A stretch of DNA of 57,453 nt, counting the filler, from Basidioascus undulatus (Eukaryota): the NCBI GenBank assembly GCA_000826855.1. It is 7 parts of 7 records of this genome, joined end to end, with 100 filler letters (N's around TTAATTAATTAA, not from the genome) between each part and the next. Parts side by side here need not be neighbours in the genome. Positions count along the whole stretch, not along the records: positions 24,699 to 32,814 come from JTLS01001437.1; positions 32,915 to 41,030 come from JTLS01001438.1; 5 more parts are not named here. The stretch is one strand, 5' to 3'. The notes beneath the pieces are model-generated. The model did not search any database. It was not told where the DNA came from and saw only the letters and a program-made list of their open reading frames with translations. A program made the position numbers and the translations under genes. Shown here one piece after another: positions 24,865-38,226 of the stretch (within the stretch, counting starts at the first letter, position 1; each line of letters starts with the position of its first letter).

Positions 24865-27567
24865 ATGCGCCTCCCGATCTACCTCCTCAGCGCCCTCGCG
24901 CTCCTCATCCCCCTCGCACAAGCAAAGTCCGATACGATCTGTGCGTCCCCTCCCCTGCGTAACTGAACCGCCCTCCCCCTACCCCTCTCCCGCCCTGACT
25001 CTGGATCTGTCGGACGGACGGACAGCGACCGAGTCCGTCGCGTACTGCAGCGAGGAGGAGCAGCAGGCGATATTCATCCAGCGCTTCGACCTCAAGTACC
25101 ACCGCAAGAACGAGTCCATCTCGTTCGACATCTCCGCAGCGACGACGTCGGACGAGCTCCGCCTCGCCGCGTCCGTCGTCCTAAACGTGTACGGCATGAG
25201 CCCTGTGAACGTCTCGGTCGACTTGTGTTCCGTTGCGAGCGGCGCACTGTGCCCGCTGCCAAAGTACAACTTTACCAGTGAGTCGGTGATCCTCTTGCTG
25301 TATACCAGGGATATTTGGGCAGTGGAAGGTGGAGAAGGGATTCGAAGGAAGGCGAGCTGCATTTGGCCCCCTGAAGGCTGGATCATACTGCAAGATGCGC
25401 CTGTGGAACTGGGACTGACAGCGTGTATTCCTCCCCCCTCAAGCCATGTACTCCTTACCCGTACCCGAGATCGCGAGCAAGATTCCCGAGATTGCGTGGT
25501 ACGTGCCGGACCTGGAGGCAGTCGCGCGGGTGGAGTTGTACAACTCGGGGACGAACGACATGGTGTATGTCCCATCATCTCTTGTCTCTCCGCCAATTCC
25601 TCGCGTGGCTCATCGCGTCTCTTTTCGGTGTGCAGTGGTTGCGTCCAAACGCGGCTAACGAACGGTCTGTCGATGTACCAGCGCGCGGTCTCGCTCGGCA
25701 CGGCGCTCGTGACGCTCGCGATCCTCCTCGCGTCCGTCATCCACTCTGCGCGTTCGCCGAACGCGAACCCCTCGCAGTGGCGGATCCTCGACGTGCTCGG
25801 GCACTTCCAGCACATGGCCGCCTCGACGCTGCTGAACCTCAACTACCCGTGGGCGTACATCGCGTTCGGGCGCAACTTCGCGTGGGCGCTCGGCCTCATC
25901 CGCTGGGGCGGCCTGCTCGACATGGCGGACTCCTTCCGGCGGCGCACGGGCGGCACGATCTCGGGCCGGGAGGACACGTCCGAGAGCGCGTCGACGTACA
26001 CGTCGCGCCGGCTCAGCCCGTACAACCTCGGCAACAAGCCTGCGCCTTCGTCTGGCGGCGCCTCGCCCTCGCTGTTTAACAGCTTGGGGAAGCGCGAGAT
26101 CCCCACGGTTTCGGACGACCCCGGCCAGCAGATCGGCGCGGGCATCCCGACGTATGTCAGCCAGACGGGTATCCCGCAGGAGAACGCCCTCACGACCGTG
26201 TTCTTCATCGCACTCTGCTTGTTCGCAATTTACCTCGCCGCGACGCTCCTCATCGGCGCGCTCGTGTTCTTCCTCGGCCGCAACCCCGACTCGGCGATGG
26301 GCCGTTTCAGGGCAAGGTACCGCAGTTTCGTCGTCGCCAACTGGCTGCGATTAGTGCGTCTCCCCTTTCTCCCTCCCTATTCTCTCACCAGCGCTCGCGG
26401 GTTACTCATGGTCCCCTTTCACACCTACAGTACATCGCGATGCTCTTCCCTGTCCTCACCTTCACCTTCTACCAATGGACGATCGGCACGTCCGACTCAT
26501 GGGTGCCCATCGTCCTCTCCATCCTACTCCTCCTCCTCACCGCGCTCCCGCTCCTCCTGTCCTACACGCAAGTCGTGCGCCTCGCGCGCCGCTCCGCCTT
26601 CCCGCGCGACGCGTACTTCGACGATGAGCGCTCCATCGGCCGCTCGGGCCTCTGGGCGCTGTACCAGCCCTTCAAGCGCCCTACGACCGCGCGCTTCGTC
26701 CACCCCGTCCACTTCGGGATTCTCGCCAACGCCCTCGCGATCGTCGCGCGCGCGGGGTTCATCGGCTTTGGGCAGAGCAACACGCACGGCGCGCAGGTCA
26801 TCGGGCTGCTCGTTATCGAGGTGCTGCTCTTCGTTGCGATGCTGGTTGTGAGGCCGTATAGGAACAATAAGGCGGAGGTCTTGATGGCCTTCCTTGGGTT
26901 CATACGGATCTTGACCTGGGCCGTCGAGATCACGTTCGTCGAGAGCGTCGGGATCGACGCCATCCCCCGCGCCGTCATAGGAATCGTCCTCGCCGTCATC
27001 CTCGCCGCGACGACGGTCATTCTCTGGCTCGACTCGTTCTACAACCTCCGTGCGTTTCACCTCTCTCCGATTTTCCCACCTTCCCATACTACTCTTACTT
27101 ACCCCCTACCCCGGCGAACAGTCACCGGCCTCTTCTTCCGCCGGCACCCCAAGATGCCCGTCCAGCTCACGACGTACCCTGACGTGTACCCCGACCCCGC
27201 ACCGCGCGACGACGAGGTCAACCGCTCGCGGGATAGCGAGGCGCCGACACTGACGAATGCGCCCGGGGCCGAGTACTCTCCGTCGCGCGAGAAGTCCGCC
27301 GGCAGCGAGAAGCGCGCGTCCCCCCCTCTTCCGTCCCCGCCCTCTTCCTCCGCCGACTCCCACAGCTACGCCCCGAGCCCCATCTACCCCCCCGCTCCAC
27401 AGCGATCGCCGAACGCATTTCACCTCCCTACTGGCGCGGCACCACCCGGGCAAGGGAGGGGGCAGACACCGTACTACTCGGCGCTTGCGCGCCAGGAGGA
27501 GGCCGGCGATTACTGGAGCCATCCGCACGCACAGCAGAGGCAGTCGGTGTACGGTGTCGCACAATGA
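24865..27567 (+). CDS. FLC/Pkd2-family TRP-like membrane protein (signal peptide, ML-like TRP_N domain, multi-pass TRP domain)
   Basis: MRLPIYLLSALALL signal; DLC..LCPLP, IPEIAWYVPDLEA, CVQTRLTNG, HFQH..LNLNYP..FGRNFAWALGLI, LYQPFK, FIGFGQ, VRPY. Confidence 0.9.
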
Positions 27568-29216
27568 TTCTTTCCTTTCTCTCTTTACCTCTTCTTTCTC
27601 GTTTCTTCCCTGTGGTACTTGCTTTTCTACATGTATCACCTCCCGCTTTTCCTTCCCTCCTACGGCCCCGTCGGATCGCTTGTTCCTCGTCCCTTCGCAC
27701 TGCACGCACACGTCCCCCTTTCCCCTGCCCCTTCATCATTCCTCTGCTTATGCCTCCCGGGCTCTCGGTCTTCTGGTTTCCCCCTCTCCTCACCCTCCCC
27801 CCACGCTACAGATATAGAGACTCCAGTCACCGCCCTACCTCACACGTACACACGCACAACCCACACACTCATTTAACTTTTTATTGTATTGCATCTTTAT
27901 TTGCCTGTCCCGTCCTGTCTTGTCCAAAGTGCTCGGAGGTCGGAACGCCGTTCGTGTTCGATCGAGTCCCATGCTGCATACCAACCCCGCTTGATTGGTG
28001 ATGAATTGTATAGAAACGCTGCGCTGCGATGCGCTGCGCTTGCGGGTAGGGCGTGAGTTGGCGCGAGCATCGAGTGTGAATGTTGTGAGGCACCGTTACT
28101 GCAGGGGCAGGGTGGAGATCGGGATGATATGGGATGGGAGGAGCTGCTGCCGTCAGTGACGAGCGTTAACTGCAGATCTGGAGGGGGACTCAATCGCTCG
28201 CTCCATCACTACAATAAAGTGGAACTCTGACGGGTAGGGATATTGCCGTAGGGCATGCAGGTCCAAAGAGTGCATCACGAGGGTGTGAAGGTGTACACGC
28301 AGTGGCGTTTTCCTCGAGGCTTCCCTTGTTTAAAGACCGAGAATTCTCTCAGGTATTGCAATCCCTATAGCATCTACATCCGTTGTTTTATCTGTTCTAT
28401 ATTAATACCGGCAGGTTTTACTCGCGGTGTGGGTTATGAACAGGCGTCAGATGGAAACTACTGGGCTGCGCGGCAGGTCCAGCATTTTACTTACCTATGG
28501 TCTGCAAACTGACATGCACTGGCGCTTCCAGTGGCCATACCTTCGCACGAGGTGGAATGTTGATGGTGTTTCTATTGGTGGCGAAGGGTCCTATAGCACC
28601 GCAGGCTCTCTGCTCTGAGCTGTGGCTGTCGCGGAACGCCCGCGTGTACAGCAATACAACAACAGTGCCGTATCCATCAAACTGGCAACGTGTGTCAGTG
28701 GTTGAAATAATTAGGAAAACCTTGAATATTTTCTGGAAATACACGTACACAGCCATCCATTGTAGGTCCTTCACGGTCGAGTTGAAAAGCGACGGAGGGT
28801 GTCCGTGTGTGCTGAATCTTCGTAGGAACCACGCCCCCCCAAACTTGAGGAGTCTGAATAATGTTGAATTGAACGCGTCTTTCTACAGATCTTCAGTTGC
28901 ACCTGAGGTCTAAAACCTGTCAGTCGCTGCCCCAGGCACACAAGCTGCTGCTGTGCCATCCGATTCTTGCCCCTCCTGCTCCAACGTGCCTTCAAACGCA
29001 CATACCAAATCTCTTCCTCACCCTCACACCTACATCAGCTTAAAATAACTTACTTGCTGTACGACTCCGCTCAATCCCTATCCAAAACCACCGCGCCTCC
29101 CAGCCGCACTCTCGCAAGTTTCGCTGTCTCGCGGTCCTCCAAAAGTTGGCTCGCTTGCTGGCTCTTTTGGGGAGGTTAAAAGATGATGGAAAATACATAA
29201 TTCAAGCAGTAAAAAT

Positions 29217-29316
29217 TGCTCCCTGCCAGGCTCGAACTGGCGACCTTTGGATTACCTAGTCATGAACTAGTCATATTTGTATGAGACCACTGCGATACCA
29301 ACTTCGCCAAGGAAGC
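29217..29316 (-). tRNA. Elongator tRNA-Met(CAT) with 27-nt intron
   Basis: GCTTCCT/AGGGAGC acceptor stem, CT-CAT-A[intron]A loop, U31:U39 as in elongator Met, GTTCGAGC T-loop, T-run terminator. Confidence 0.92.
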
Positions 29317-30202
29317 TTGTTCAAAAAAGCCAAGTTGAAGATACCTTCATCTAAAATATAAATTTGTCTTCGATATGTTCTATTGTTACAGAGCCGAGTA
29401 CGAGACGAAGCTTCAAAAATGGGCGTTTGCCATGTTCTCTCAGTTAATTGATCGCGAGTCCGCAACCCAGCAACAGTCAGTAATATTATGCCCTGAGGCG
29501 ACTTCACGTCTACTGGACTGCACACTGTGCCAAAACCAAAGATGCGTTCAGGCTTCTCAACCCTCTTTTTCAGTATTAAGGGGACATTGTGAAGAAACTC
29601 TAAAGATCTGCAGAGGGTTTGCTGGGCGCGAGAGGTGGTTCATGGATGAACGGCTGCGCTCCCTCGCTTCGGAGTTTGACGGGGATGAACGCGATATTAC
29701 TTAATTGAAGCATAGTTGTTTGGAGAGCCGATCAGAGGGCTATAATATTCAGTTCGCATCATCAGGTAGCTAAAGGTCTATACGCTGGGCAAAGGTAGTG
29801 GACTGCCTGAAGACGATGGGGATACATGGATCAGAAACATTATTGGTCGCATGTTTTGAAGACTCTGAGACTGAAAAGGGCCCAAGATCAGAGGAAACAT
29901 GCCGCCGCTGGGTCACTGAGTTCATTCCGCAGTCCTGGCGGCGCTCTTGACACGTATTCTGGCTTTTCGTTTACCAGCAGTCACCCAAATACGGAAGGTG
30001 TGGGACTCCAAAAAAATGGAAAATGTATCTAAAAACATTCACTTAACCGATGTACTCAAGTATATTCGAGCGGTGCAGCTGATGAACAGTGATCCATGAT
30101 GCTCATTCCGACGTTGCTGGTTGCCCACAGTGCTGCAATGCTATCCGAGGAACTCTCTCATGTCTGTAAGTTACAATATAGTACAAAACCATGAAAACCC
30201 TC

Positions 30203-31499
30203 TCAAATTCTCAGGCGAGGGTGAAGGCAAATTGAAATGATGGACCACGACTGGAACGGCAAACCAGCAGCCCGGCCAGCAAAACGACAACCAGTGCCTC
30301 TGTCCACTCGCTGCAAGGCCAGTGCAAATGTGACAAACCCACCCTCTGCATCCACAAATACTCCGACGCCCTTCTCTTCAAGCATTTCTACTAGTGGCGC
30401 AATGAGCTCAAGAAAAGGGAACGGCAAGGACGTCCAATTGTCGCGGTCGCCCGAAATGATGAGCCGGAAAAGGGAGGAGAGACATGAAGTGCTAGCAAAC
30501 AAGGCTTCAAGGTATTGTTATTGTGGACTCATGACCAAGTGGGGTTCGCACAAAACGATGTAAAGCTTGACCTCGATGATTGATTGCGGAAGAGCCGTCA
30601 TAACCGCAGGGGAAGGAAGCGGAAAGTCAACTCGAACGCCACACGGTTTAAACTCTTGCAAAGAGCGAAAGCGGGCGACAGGCACTCTTCCTTCATGTCC
30701 AGGACCAGCTCTTGAGGTGAGCTCCGCGACTGAGAAAGAATTGCTCCAGCGCGGCGACCTTTGATTGGTCCACTAAGCGAAAATCCCAGATGTGGACGAC
30801 TTGCAACAGGAGGAACCTGCAGCGAGAGAAGAACAACAGAAAGCTGCTAGTGATGGTTCCGTCAATGGCGCCGTCATACGAAAAATGGTGAAGCTGAGGT
30901 AGACTGAAGGGGGGGATGCTCAAGATGATGTCGTCCTTGTTGGGCCTGATCACATGCTTTTTGAGATTGACGAAACGTGGGAGGACGTTAAGGACATCAC
31001 TCTGTTGGCTATGTCGAGAACTATGCAGAGAGATGGCTAGCTCGCAAAGCGAATTGCAGCTACCGTTATACGCGAGTGCACGGAGGTCGTTTGGCTCGAT
31101 GGACCAGGAGTCCAGCCGGTGCAGACGGGGCATGAGCGGGAGGACGTGCGAGAGCGGCACGAAGCGCCCATGGTAAATCTAATTAACACGAATCTGTCGA
31201 ACATGATGGCCTGGGTAACGGGGGTGATCGATGTCCTGGCGAATCAAAAGGCGATCGAAAGACCTGGTGGAGTCCTCCGTGGAACAATAGCGCTGCGGTT
31301 CGGACATGTTCTGAGGAGCAGAGACTAGGAATGAGTATGATATGCTCGTTGTGTAGGCGAAGGCCCAATTCACATTCCATGCCCGGGAGACGAGCGAAAT
31401 CGAGGCGATGGGCCGGTTGTGGCCGTCGTTGTGGTCCTCGCCGATGGCAAGCTCGAACATGCGGGACCAGAGCTCTGGGGGAATCTGACCAGTTGACAT
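30203..31499 (-). pseudogene. F-box / LRR-like protein pseudogene
   Basis: IPPELWSRMFE..ISLVSRAWN F-box; LPLMPRLHRL, LPRFVNLKK, FSLPQLHHFSY repeats; in-frame TAG at 31179-31181, frameshift near 30712, in-frame TAA near 30519. Confidence 0.75.
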
Positions 31500-32765
31500 C
31501 GATTACCAGTGGATCCCAAAGTGTGTGAGTGTTCTTTTGTGCTAAAGGGATGCGTGGAGTGGATGGAAAAGCGGAGGGGGTGTGTTTGTGCTATCCTGTG
31601 CTGTCGGTGCTACTCAACAACCCTAACTGCAGCTTTGAGCGGAAGTCTCCTTCGGTTCGAGAGAAGAGCCGGGAAACCTTAGAACTGCAATTAGTGCTCC
31701 CCAAGCCGGTTTGACACGAAGCGGTAATCTGGAGGGCGTCCACGTACGCGCACGACACTTTCTGTGCTTTATGATCCCCGGTAATTCGAGGTACCACTCA
31801 GCTCAGCTATCACACTATTTTCTTGGAGTGCCTTACGTGTGACAGAGAACCGATAGATGGTGCAGGAACGATGCAACGTACGCTGGCTGTACACCAGGGG
31901 TGGGAGACGTATCCTCGTAAGGCAGGGCTGACCTAAAAAGTCACGCCTGTGTTCCGTTCTTGATAGGCCGAGCACATTTTGTTCACTTATTCTTATACCA
32001 CCTGTCCCTGATCCATCGAGCGATTGCTGCAGCTTCCCACAAACTTGCATACACGCGGCAACTCTGCCGCTTTCTCCTTCTCCGAAACGCCCGCCCGATC
32101 GGGGACATCGTACTGCGAAGGCTTGGGTTTGGAGTAAGTTACAGGAGCAGAACCTAATGTCTGAACTGAAGAGAGAGACGAGCAGCATTGCCGGTTTCAC
32201 GATTATCTTGCATCCGGCTCGCCAGGTGCACAGTGACAACACAATGGAGGAATGGAACGACGCATGGTATGAGGATGTTTGCTGTAAAATGGAAGAAATA
32301 AGTAAATCCCTTCTTGACTATTATCAGTGGGCTAAGCTGCACGCTGCACAAAAACGAGTCCGACACGGTGACCCTTCGCAGTCACAGCGCGTAGTCCATT
32401 CTCCTGTCCACCCTCCCTATTCTTCCTCCATCACAATCCTTCCACTTCACCTCCCAGCACCACCATGCACCCTGAGAGCTGCAAAACCCCAGCTCATCTC
32501 GTGGTAACGTCGACCCCACTCTTCCAGCTTACTTCGTCCGGCGTCACCAGCCAGGACCCCTCTCGGGATCGGATGCCGCTAAGAATTCCCCTGGGCTGTT
32601 GCTGCTGCCGTCCAACACTCTGTTTCCCGACCTCATTTCCTCCTGCATCGAGCGAGTGACGTTTTCACGTTGTCCTCAACCCCGCCCAACAACACACGCA
32701 CGCCACTCTCCTTACCCAGGACACATAACCAAAAATCACTATGCAGCCGCCCCTCCCTCTCACTT

Positions 32766-32814
32766 CGCTTTCTCTTTTTTTTTCTTTTTTATTTTTTGTT
32801 TTGATTTTTTTTAT
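32766..32814. repeat. Poly-T low-complexity tract at contig end
   Basis: About 45 nt of interrupted T-runs abutting the linker. Confidence 0.8.
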
Positions 32815-32914
32815 NNNNNNNNNNNNNNNNNNNNNNNNNNNNNNNNNNNNNNNNNNNNTTAATTAATTAANNNNNNNNNNNNNNNNNNNNNNNNNNNNNN
32901 NNNNNNNNNNNNNN
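32815..32914. other. Artificial contig linker
   Basis: Same 100-bp spacer. Confidence 0.99.
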
Positions 32915-33674
32915 GCACTGGCGGGCCGCACGGCAATGCAAAGGGCGCGTGCTTGAACATTTTGCTGGGACCCGATGCCCAAGAAACAGTAGCTTCATCG
33001 TGCCCCTTCTTGAGGAGCTCGCGCTCGGCATGAGCAACAGCTCGGTCCCATGCAAGGCTGTCCACGTCGTTTGGGCCGTGCGCAATCATGGTGAGTCGCT
33101 TTACATAACTTGGGCTCACTTGCGTGAAAGATCTCAAGACTGACGTCCGCTTTGACAGGTGCAGTGCAATGGCTCGACGAAGCACTGCACTCTGCTCTCC
33201 GCGTAGCCCCCGCTGGCTCGGTGACCATCACCATCCATGTCACAACTGCGACGGCTCTGGAGCATGAGCAAGTCATTTTACGCCCCTGTCACCATTCCGG
33301 AAAAAAAACCCCGTGGCATGCTGACCTCATTTCCAGAAAAGCGGACGACGCTAGCTCGAGCGACGACGAGCGGAGCAAAGGATCCCATGTGTGGACTGTG
33401 CACTCTGGCCGGCCGGATCTGTCCGACATCGTGCGCTCAGCTGTCGAGTCGACAACGAGCAGGGAGGAACGCTCGGTGTTGCAGGTGAGACTTTTTGGAC
33501 TTCTTGACCTTCTTCGCCCCTTTGCTGACAGTCCCGATGCACTCCCCAGCTTGCGGACCGGACAGCTTTACCTTCGACGTTCGCAATGCTGCGGCCAAGG
33601 CCCAGCTTGCGATTGCCAAGGGCGCAGTACCGACGACGGAGCTCTATCTGCACAACGAAGCTTTTGGGTGGTAA
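32915..33674 (+). CDS. Ferric reductase (FRE/NOX family) C-terminal NAD(P)-binding domain, 5'-truncated, with one apparent frameshift
   Basis: VHVVWAVRN, SGRPDL, GTLGVA/ACGP..DVRNA, LYLHNEAFGW*; frame mismatch near 33450-33465. Confidence 0.85.
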
Positions 33675-34007
33675 AAAAATATGGGTGAGCGGTTGCTCGT
33701 TGATCTCCTGCGTTGCGGCAGTCACTGAAAATTGCTGCGCCGAAAAGTTCCTGTCTGGCCCCCCTTCTTGCTCTCGCTGGGGCTTGGGTTTCATTGCGCT
33801 TGTTCCGGGTCTCTTGTATTGTTCGCTTGTGGAATGTCACCGCCATGCACCGCTCTTTGATGACCACAGAGGTTTGCATCGTGCGAGACTCTGCAACGCA
33901 TTACGCAGGGTGCCATCCCCAACTGAGGGCTGCACTGCGCATCGCCCAAGGCCGCGGCTCACTTCGCCGAGGCCGTCGACCGTCTCGTCGTTCGCTCAGC
34001 CTCTGAC

Positions 34008-35101
34008 TTGCGCGACCCACTAACAACCACGACCACTCTCCCGTCCAACGTTCTCTCTCGGATCCTAGCCGTCGCGCCGACACGCGACATTCTGGCGAAG
34101 TTTCCACGCCTGTTCGCTGCAGCGCCGATGGCCGAAGTCGCGACGCACATCCAGCTCCTCACCCACTTCGTCATCCTCCCTCTCATCAACGACAGTGAGC
34201 AGCATTCCCTCGTCAAAAACCTTGGTGGCCGCTGTTCGCTGCTCGAAGAGGCGGTTAAGGTGCTCGTGCAGGAGGCGTGCACCGCACCGTGGGGTGAGCC
34301 CGAGAAGGCGATGGAGGCCGGGTTGACCTGCTTGGCGAAGTGCTTGCTGAGACGACGGTGTATTTGAAGGAGTGAGTATCTCCGTTTTCTCTTCTAGCAG
34401 GAGTCCCCGCTTTGACCCATTGGCCTTTTCGCTGCGAAGTAAACTCGTCGGCAGATGGATCGAAGCGTGTCTGTGGGACTTGCTCACAATCTGGCGCCTC
34501 ACACGGAGTTTTTATTCAGCTATAATCCTCCTTCGGTTTGTTAATCCCCATTGAGATGCAGTCGCCGCTCGCGTTTCTCACTCACACCGCTGTCCAGGCG
34601 CCGTCGCCAGCTTCTGCGACCTCCTGAACGACCGACTCCGCGACTCTTCCTTCCTCCACCCCCTGTCAATAGCCGACGTACTCAGCCCCGACCACACCGA
34701 CCTCGCTTTTCCCATCCTCGTGGCGAGCGCGGCTTTCCACGCCGTCAGCTTCGGGGCGGCGGACGATACCCGCTGGCTTCCGGAGACGTGGGACGATATG
34801 GCCGGCCTCGTGCTGTGGGAAGCGGCTGTACGCGCTGGGGATAAGCATGCTTGCAATATCCCGATGTGCGGTGTCCGGGCGCACAGGCGGTGTGCACGGT
34901 GTGGAAGGGTCAAGTACTGTTCGAAGGAGCATCAGCAAAGGTACGTCGCTCTGCTCCAGAGTTCCCTCCCACCACATTACGTAGCCAGGTCCTGAAGCAG
35001 TGTATGTGGTGATGGGTGGGCTGGGGCTATCTGGTAGGGACTTGAAGTACCACAAAGACGTGTGCAACCGCCTGCCCAAACAGGACTTGGATGCTTGGTG
35101 A
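34008..35101 (+). CDS. Protein with C-terminal MYND zinc finger (5' structure uncertain, possibly decayed)
   Basis: CNIPMC..RRCARCGRVKYCSKEHQQR/DLKYHKDVC across a GTACGT..TAG intron; the usual DW is DL. Confidence 0.65.
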
Positions 35102-36057
35102 TCGTAGTCGAAGATGTTATTCATGGATTTGCTCTTGTTTGGGACACTAGAACACGTATTTCCTTGCTGTAGTTTCTATGAATGTACGTCCGGAACCATT
35201 CAAGTGTGTCATGAGTAGAGCGACAACGTGCGTAAAAACATCACAAATTAACATGAGCGGCGGAAAATTCTCACTGCGCCTACGAGCGACTCTCGGGGTT
35301 GGTTGTAAGATGCATTTGTATGGAATAGAGAGTATTCGAACTGTGTATCCTCCTAATGAACTCATGCCAAACGAAGAGAAATTGGGGCCAGGGTCAAGTG
35401 CGTAGTCGATTCCGTGGCTCTGTCAGGGCCCTCGTGCCTCTGCACCCTGGCGACCTCCGCCCCTTCATGCCAATCAAGACATGTATTCCTTGCCCTTAAA
35501 AATGATTTAACTTGAGCTGCGGGTTTATGGGTCCGCTTAAGCCGCACGCCGCTGCTATGTTCCGTTTCGTCGCTTCAACTCTCTCAACACCGTCCGTGCT
35601 GGGATTGTGCTAAAATCTCAGGCTCAATGGTTCTGGATGAAGGTTCTAAGTAAAACTGCATTCAAACAGCTTGTAACTGCTTGGGACTGCAGGCGGGCCG
35701 AAAGATATTAAAGAAAGTCCCACTGTCCCGCCTTGTTGTCTCCTTCTATCGTCTCCCCTGATTGGCTCGCCTCGTGTGCTCTTTAATAGATTCGGAAATA
35801 ACTACAGTCAAGGTTCTTAGTGCAGAAAAGCCGACCCATGAATCTTGTGCATGAGATCCGGTAGTCGATGTCGAGCAGCTTGGGCAACAGTATGCGGACT
35901 AAGGCTTGCAGGCCAAGAGGACGAGTCCTCGTAATCTGCAAGGTGCCAAAAGGGTGCATGGTTTATGTTCAAGTTTGAAAGAAGACGCCAGACCTTGTTG
36001 CGGTGTGGAGAGTGACCAAGGGGCTGGCCTTTGAAAGGCTTGAAGATACTTCCAGTT

Positions 36058-36146
36058 CTCTCCTTAGCTCAGTTGGAAGAGCGCGAGACTGTAATGTCAA
36101 TCTTCAGATCATCTTGAGGTCCCTGGTTCGATCCCGGGAGGGGAGA
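36058..36146 (+). tRNA. tRNA-Tyr(GTA) with 16-nt intron
   Basis: C1-G72 acceptor stem CTCTCCT/AGGGGAG, CT-GTA-A[TGTCAATCTTCAGATC]A, GGTTCGATCC. Confidence 0.95.
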
Positions 36147-38226
36147 CGGCTTGTTCCTTTTTATCTTTTGGATGTGCGAGGGGCAGTAGTCCCGCTCTCC
36201 ACTTCAGTCGATCGTCGGACGAACGGCCATCATTGACCTAAGTGTGGATTATTTTGTTCCTTGCTTTCGGAGGTGTATGGAGTGAACAGCCCAAGTGTCC
36301 ACGCGGTCGGATGGAACATTGTTTAGCTCAGTGAGTCGGTTGGGAACCGGCAGTTTCAACGAGACTGCGTTGCAGGCAGATTCGCAGGCCGGCGCCTTTC
36401 ACAACTCTTGGACTGGCAGCGGGTGTAAGTGAGGGGGTTAAGTAGTGACTTGTCACGAATCGCCCAGAGCTGTTTTTCTTTGACAGAAGATATGAAATTC
36501 ACACTGTAGATCTAATTTCCACGATCAAGCACGCTGCCAGACTTCAGTCTGGCAGCAGTCGAAGATGGTTTTGGCCGCCGTGCGCTGCGCTGTCAGGTTG
36601 CGATATCTTTCTTCCGCCGGAAGTTCTGCTCTGCATCTGGATACTTTTAGACTCTCCCTCTCTGGGATATCAAACGAAATTAACATGTCCATCCAATCCT
36701 GCAGGTTGACAGGTCTACAGAACGCCGAGTGCTGATGGTGGGGCAGTCTCGAGCCACCGGCCTGTGGGTAATAAACCCCCCGGGCTGCTCTCTCAAAGGC
36801 CGCACCACTACGCCCAATAACCTTCAAAGAGGGGCGACGGTTGGGCGCAAGTCCTGATACCCGTGTGCTTTTTCGGTCTGGATGCCTGGCTGGTGCTGTT
36901 GTGACAATCGCACGTGAGTTACTCCAGATCCAGAACCATGCCTCGCTTATTTTTTCATGCTAGAAAGAAGATATACCGAGATGGAAAGTAACTAAGCTGA
37001 GGTTCGACAGGCTTCCAGCATCAGAGACGGCAAGCTGCCGTCAGCCATGAGATGGGGAAAGACTGCAGGAGGCCGGATCGAATGGGTTGGTATTGGTTGA
37101 GGGGTGAGAAATTCAAAGAGGGATACGTGAAGTGGGTGCATGATGGAAGGTCTAAGGCCACTATGTGTGTAAGCGCGCCCATAGCTTCACACGTCGAGAG
37201 TTCCACAGATCTACATACCCACATATCCCTGCAATCCCCATGCCACTTTTCTCCACATCAACCGGAACCCGAATCATCCCAGCCCTGGGCCCCCCTCCCG
37301 CTTCTCCGTCGCCGCCCAAGCTCCTCATCGATTTGCCGCATCCCCAGTACGAACTCCTCCTTGGCCACCCCCGTTTGAATATTATGACCACAATAAATCA
37401 TCCAAAACGCGTTCGGAAAATGCAAGCCGGTCTGGATTATCTGAATCGTCTGACTGCGGACGACGGAGCCGCGGACGAGTCTGGAACGCGTGTTTGATCA
37501 TCCTTCCTCGGAACCCGCCTGTACGTTAGAAGCTGAAAGTGTATGGATGCACTTCACAAAAGACGTAAACCTCATCGTCAGTCGAGTTGCCAACCGCAGA
37601 AGCAGTGCGAACTGTGAACGGATGCTGGAAGGGGGAGAGGCGAAGACCCGCGCGCTGGGAAGACGGGCGAGATGCCGACACTGCGGCATGACGGCACAGG
37701 CACGGCCGTCTGGAGAAGGATGCTAAAACAAGTACACCATATATACTGGGGGATAAACATCGGGGTCGGCTTAGTATCTCGGCCGTCTCTTGCCGTGCCC
37801 CTGCCGTGGCTTTGCCGGCGGAATGCCTCCCGCCTCGCCGCTCTCACTGAGATTGGACGCTGGCCCCGCACACCATCTACGTACCGCGCTCGCGAGCTCT
37901 TTCATCCAGCAGCCCCTCCTCGCCGCCCCCACCGTCGTAGGCGGACCGCTGCTGCGGCACTGGGAATTTATGGCTTACCGCGCGTGTGTGCTGCTCCTGT
38001 TTGCGCTTGGTCCGCTACACTCACCATCTCCTCACCTTCGTCGAACGTCGGACCCTCTCACCTCGTTCGCGTCGTCGCTAGCCCTTGGTGCTGGGATAGC
38101 ACCCTCACTCGCTCACTCATTACGTCTTCGTCTTTCTCGGACGGCGGATCGATCACATCATAGACCAGCGGCGGATATTTGCTTACACTTTATACGCGCT
38201 CAACATTCTAATCTCACACGGTCACC

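Noticed and set aside
23773..31627. Short telomere-like words (TTAGGGTTA near 23773 and 23966, AACCCTAAC near 31619) as telomerase template or interstitial telomere
   Set aside because: Isolated 9-mers expected by chance; no tandem array or supporting structure seen.
32766..32814. Poly-A tail of a retroelement
   Set aside because: Any element body would lie beyond the contig end; it cannot be supported here.
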